64,000 bases of DNA from NCBI GenBank assembly GCA_963726745.1, contig CAVSDR010000005.1, positions 1-64,000 on the forward strand. The letters are read 5' to 3'. This document shows, piece by piece, positions 62,434 to 64,000 of this stretch. Below the pieces are notes generated by a model. It was not told the origin of the DNA, ran no database searches, and was given only the letters and a program-made list of their open reading frames with translations. The stretch's first letter is position 1. Every line of letters begins with the position of its first letter. The DNA comes from an uncultured Verrucomicrobiae bacterium (GTDB lineage Bacteria > Verrucomicrobiota > Verrucomicrobiia > Chthoniobacterales > UBA10450). Position numbers and translations under genes: made by a program.

Positions 62434-64000
62434 GTGCCGCCGATCCTGCTGCATCCGCCGAAACGCCCGCGCGCGCCGGGCTCGTTCTACCGGCGTTGGA
62501 ATTGGCGCCGGCAAGTCATCGCCAGCGGCACGCGGCTTTTCGTTGGCGGCTTCCTCGTGCTCCTCTTTTGGGCCGGCTGGTATATGGCCAATCGCGGATT
62601 CGGCCGGCAATTCCGTGTCTCCGTCGTCGAGGAACTGCGGAAGCACGGAATCGATGCCTCCGTCCGGCGGCTGACGCTGGATCCTTTCCGCGGCCTGGTC
62701 GCGCAGGACCTGCGCATCTACGAGCCGAACAACCGGGAGCATCCCCTGGCGGCGATCAGCGAAGTCTCGCTCGACATCAATTACGCGGCGCTCCTCCATC
62801 GCCAGCCATTCTTGAATTCGATCGACGTGACCAATGCCGACCTCACTTTTCCTTCCAGCAAAGCCGACCCGCGCGCGCCCAAGGCGGAGCTGAAACATTT
62901 CCGCGCGCACATCTATTTCCCGCCGGAGCAAATCTTCATTCGCCAGGCCGAGGGGATCTTCAATGGCGTGCGCATCTCGGCCACGGGCCAGTTGCTCAAG
63001 CGCGCCGATTACCAGAGTCGCGGGGGGCTCGACGAGGCGGAATTGCGCGCGCGCATGGAATTGCTCCAGCGGCTCGCGCAGGAGCTGAGCAAGTGCACTT
63101 TTGCCGGCGGGCCGCCGTCGTTGCAGGTCAAATTCTCCGGCGATGTCGCGCAGATGGAGGACGCGCACGTCGAGGCCACGCTCAGCGGCGAACGCATCCA
63201 GCGCGAGGGCTACGAGATGCGCGCGCTGGCGCTCGCGGCCGATTGGAGCAATCGCACGCTCAGCCTCAAGCAATGCGAATGGACCGATAACGCCGGCGCT
63301 TTCAGCGGGCGGGGAAGCTGGGAGGCGCGCACCAAGGCGGGCGAATTTGAAGCGCGCAGCTCGATCGCGGCCAAGCAATTTCTCGATGCTTTCGGCTTCG
63401 GGAATTTAGTCAGCGACTTGCAACTCAACAGCGCGCCGGCGCTGGAGTTTTCCGGGAAGGCCGACTTCTCCGCGCCGGTGCCGCGCTGGAGCGTGCTCGG
63501 CCATCTGCAGGTGGAAAACTTCAGCTATCGCAGCATCCCGCTGCTTGGCCTCGCGACCGCCTTTTCCTGGGATGGCGAGCGCACCATGCTCCAGGAGCTG
63601 CGCCTGCGCCACGCTTCCGGCGAGCTTCAGGCCGAGCTCTTGATCGCGCCTGGCGATTTCCGCCTCGACGTCCAAAGCACGCTCAATCCCGCCGACTTTC
63701 GCGCGCTCGCCGATCACGATCTCCAGAGCTTCTTGAGTGAATGGGAATTTCCCCGCGCGCCGACCGCGCGCATGGAGCTGCGGGGTTCTTCCACCCAGCC
63801 CGACAGCTGGACGGGCGAGGGAAGCATCGAGGTCGGGCGCGCGCGTTTCCGCGGCGTCTGGTTCAACAATGCGTCGGCAAAGTTGCACCTGGCTCAAGGC
63901 GCACTCGCTTTTCGCGACCTGCGCGTGGTTCGCGATGAAGGCATGGGCACGGGAGATTTTGTTTACGATTACACGCATCACGAAGTGCGGCTGGCGAACA
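62434..64000 (+). CDS. AsmA-like large envelope protein, runs off the window end
   Basis: Open frame from a probable GTG: TM (LFVGGFLVLLFWAGWY), NRGFGRQFR...RLTLDPFRGLVA, beta-rich; no stop seen before 64000. Confidence 0.7.
   Translation, partial: MPPILLHPPKRPRAPGSFYRRWNWRRQVIASGTRLFVGGFLVLLFWAGWYMANRGFGRQFRVSVVEELRKHGIDASVRRLTLDPFRGLVAQDLRIYEPNNREHPLAAISEVSLDINYAALLHRQPFLNSIDVTNADLTFPSSKADPRAPKAELKHFRAHIYFPPEQIFIRQAEGIFNGVRISATGQLLKRADYQSRGGLDEAELRARMELLQRLAQELSKCTFAGGPPSLQVKFSGDVAQMEDAHVEATLSGERIQREGYEMRALALAADWSNRTLSLKQCEWTDNAGAFSGRGSWEARTKAGEFEARSSIAAKQFLDAFGFGNLVSDLQLNSAPALEFSGKADFSAPVPRWSVLGHLQVENFSYRSIPLLGLATAFSWDGERTMLQELRLRHASGELQAELLIAPGDFRLDVQSTLNPADFRALADHDLQSFLSEWEFPRAPTARMELRGSSTQPDSWTGEGSIEVGRARFRGVWFNNASAKLHLAQGALAFRDLRVVRDEGMGTGDFVYDYTHHEVRLAN

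Overview
High-GC (roughly two-thirds G+C) bacterial DNA, most plausibly Verrucomicrobiota/Chthoniobacterales. The taxon is inferred from gene content and protein style, not proven. In order, the window holds: the 3' part of tRNA-Gln; an alternative complex III (actABCDEF) plus caa3-type cytochrome c oxidase operon; an uncharacterised ABC-exporter module; a complete group 1h-type (high-affinity) [NiFe]-hydrogenase cluster with hyp and accessory genes; a selenocysteine cluster (SelW-like CxxU protein, tRNA-Sec, Sec-containing SelD, selA, selB) converging on a Sec-containing formate dehydrogenase operon; a large secreted FN3/dockerin-like protein; pyrimidine/nucleoside uptake and catabolism genes; an FAD/Fe-S oxidoreductase; an ATP-grasp/esterase module; accA; and several envelope genes. 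Many genes carry single-base frameshifts that look like long-read indel errors. The most striking unexplained signal is a dispersed, non-palindromic 10-mer, CTCGTTAGGC/GCCTAACGAG. By eye I count 24 exact copies and about 30 near copies, on both strands. It is embedded in coding sequence in three different reading frames using rare codons, and a sister motif WWTTAG[C/T/G]CRGC accompanies it. This resembles a DNA-uptake-sequence or HIP1-like genome-wide signal that I do not know to be described for this lineage.
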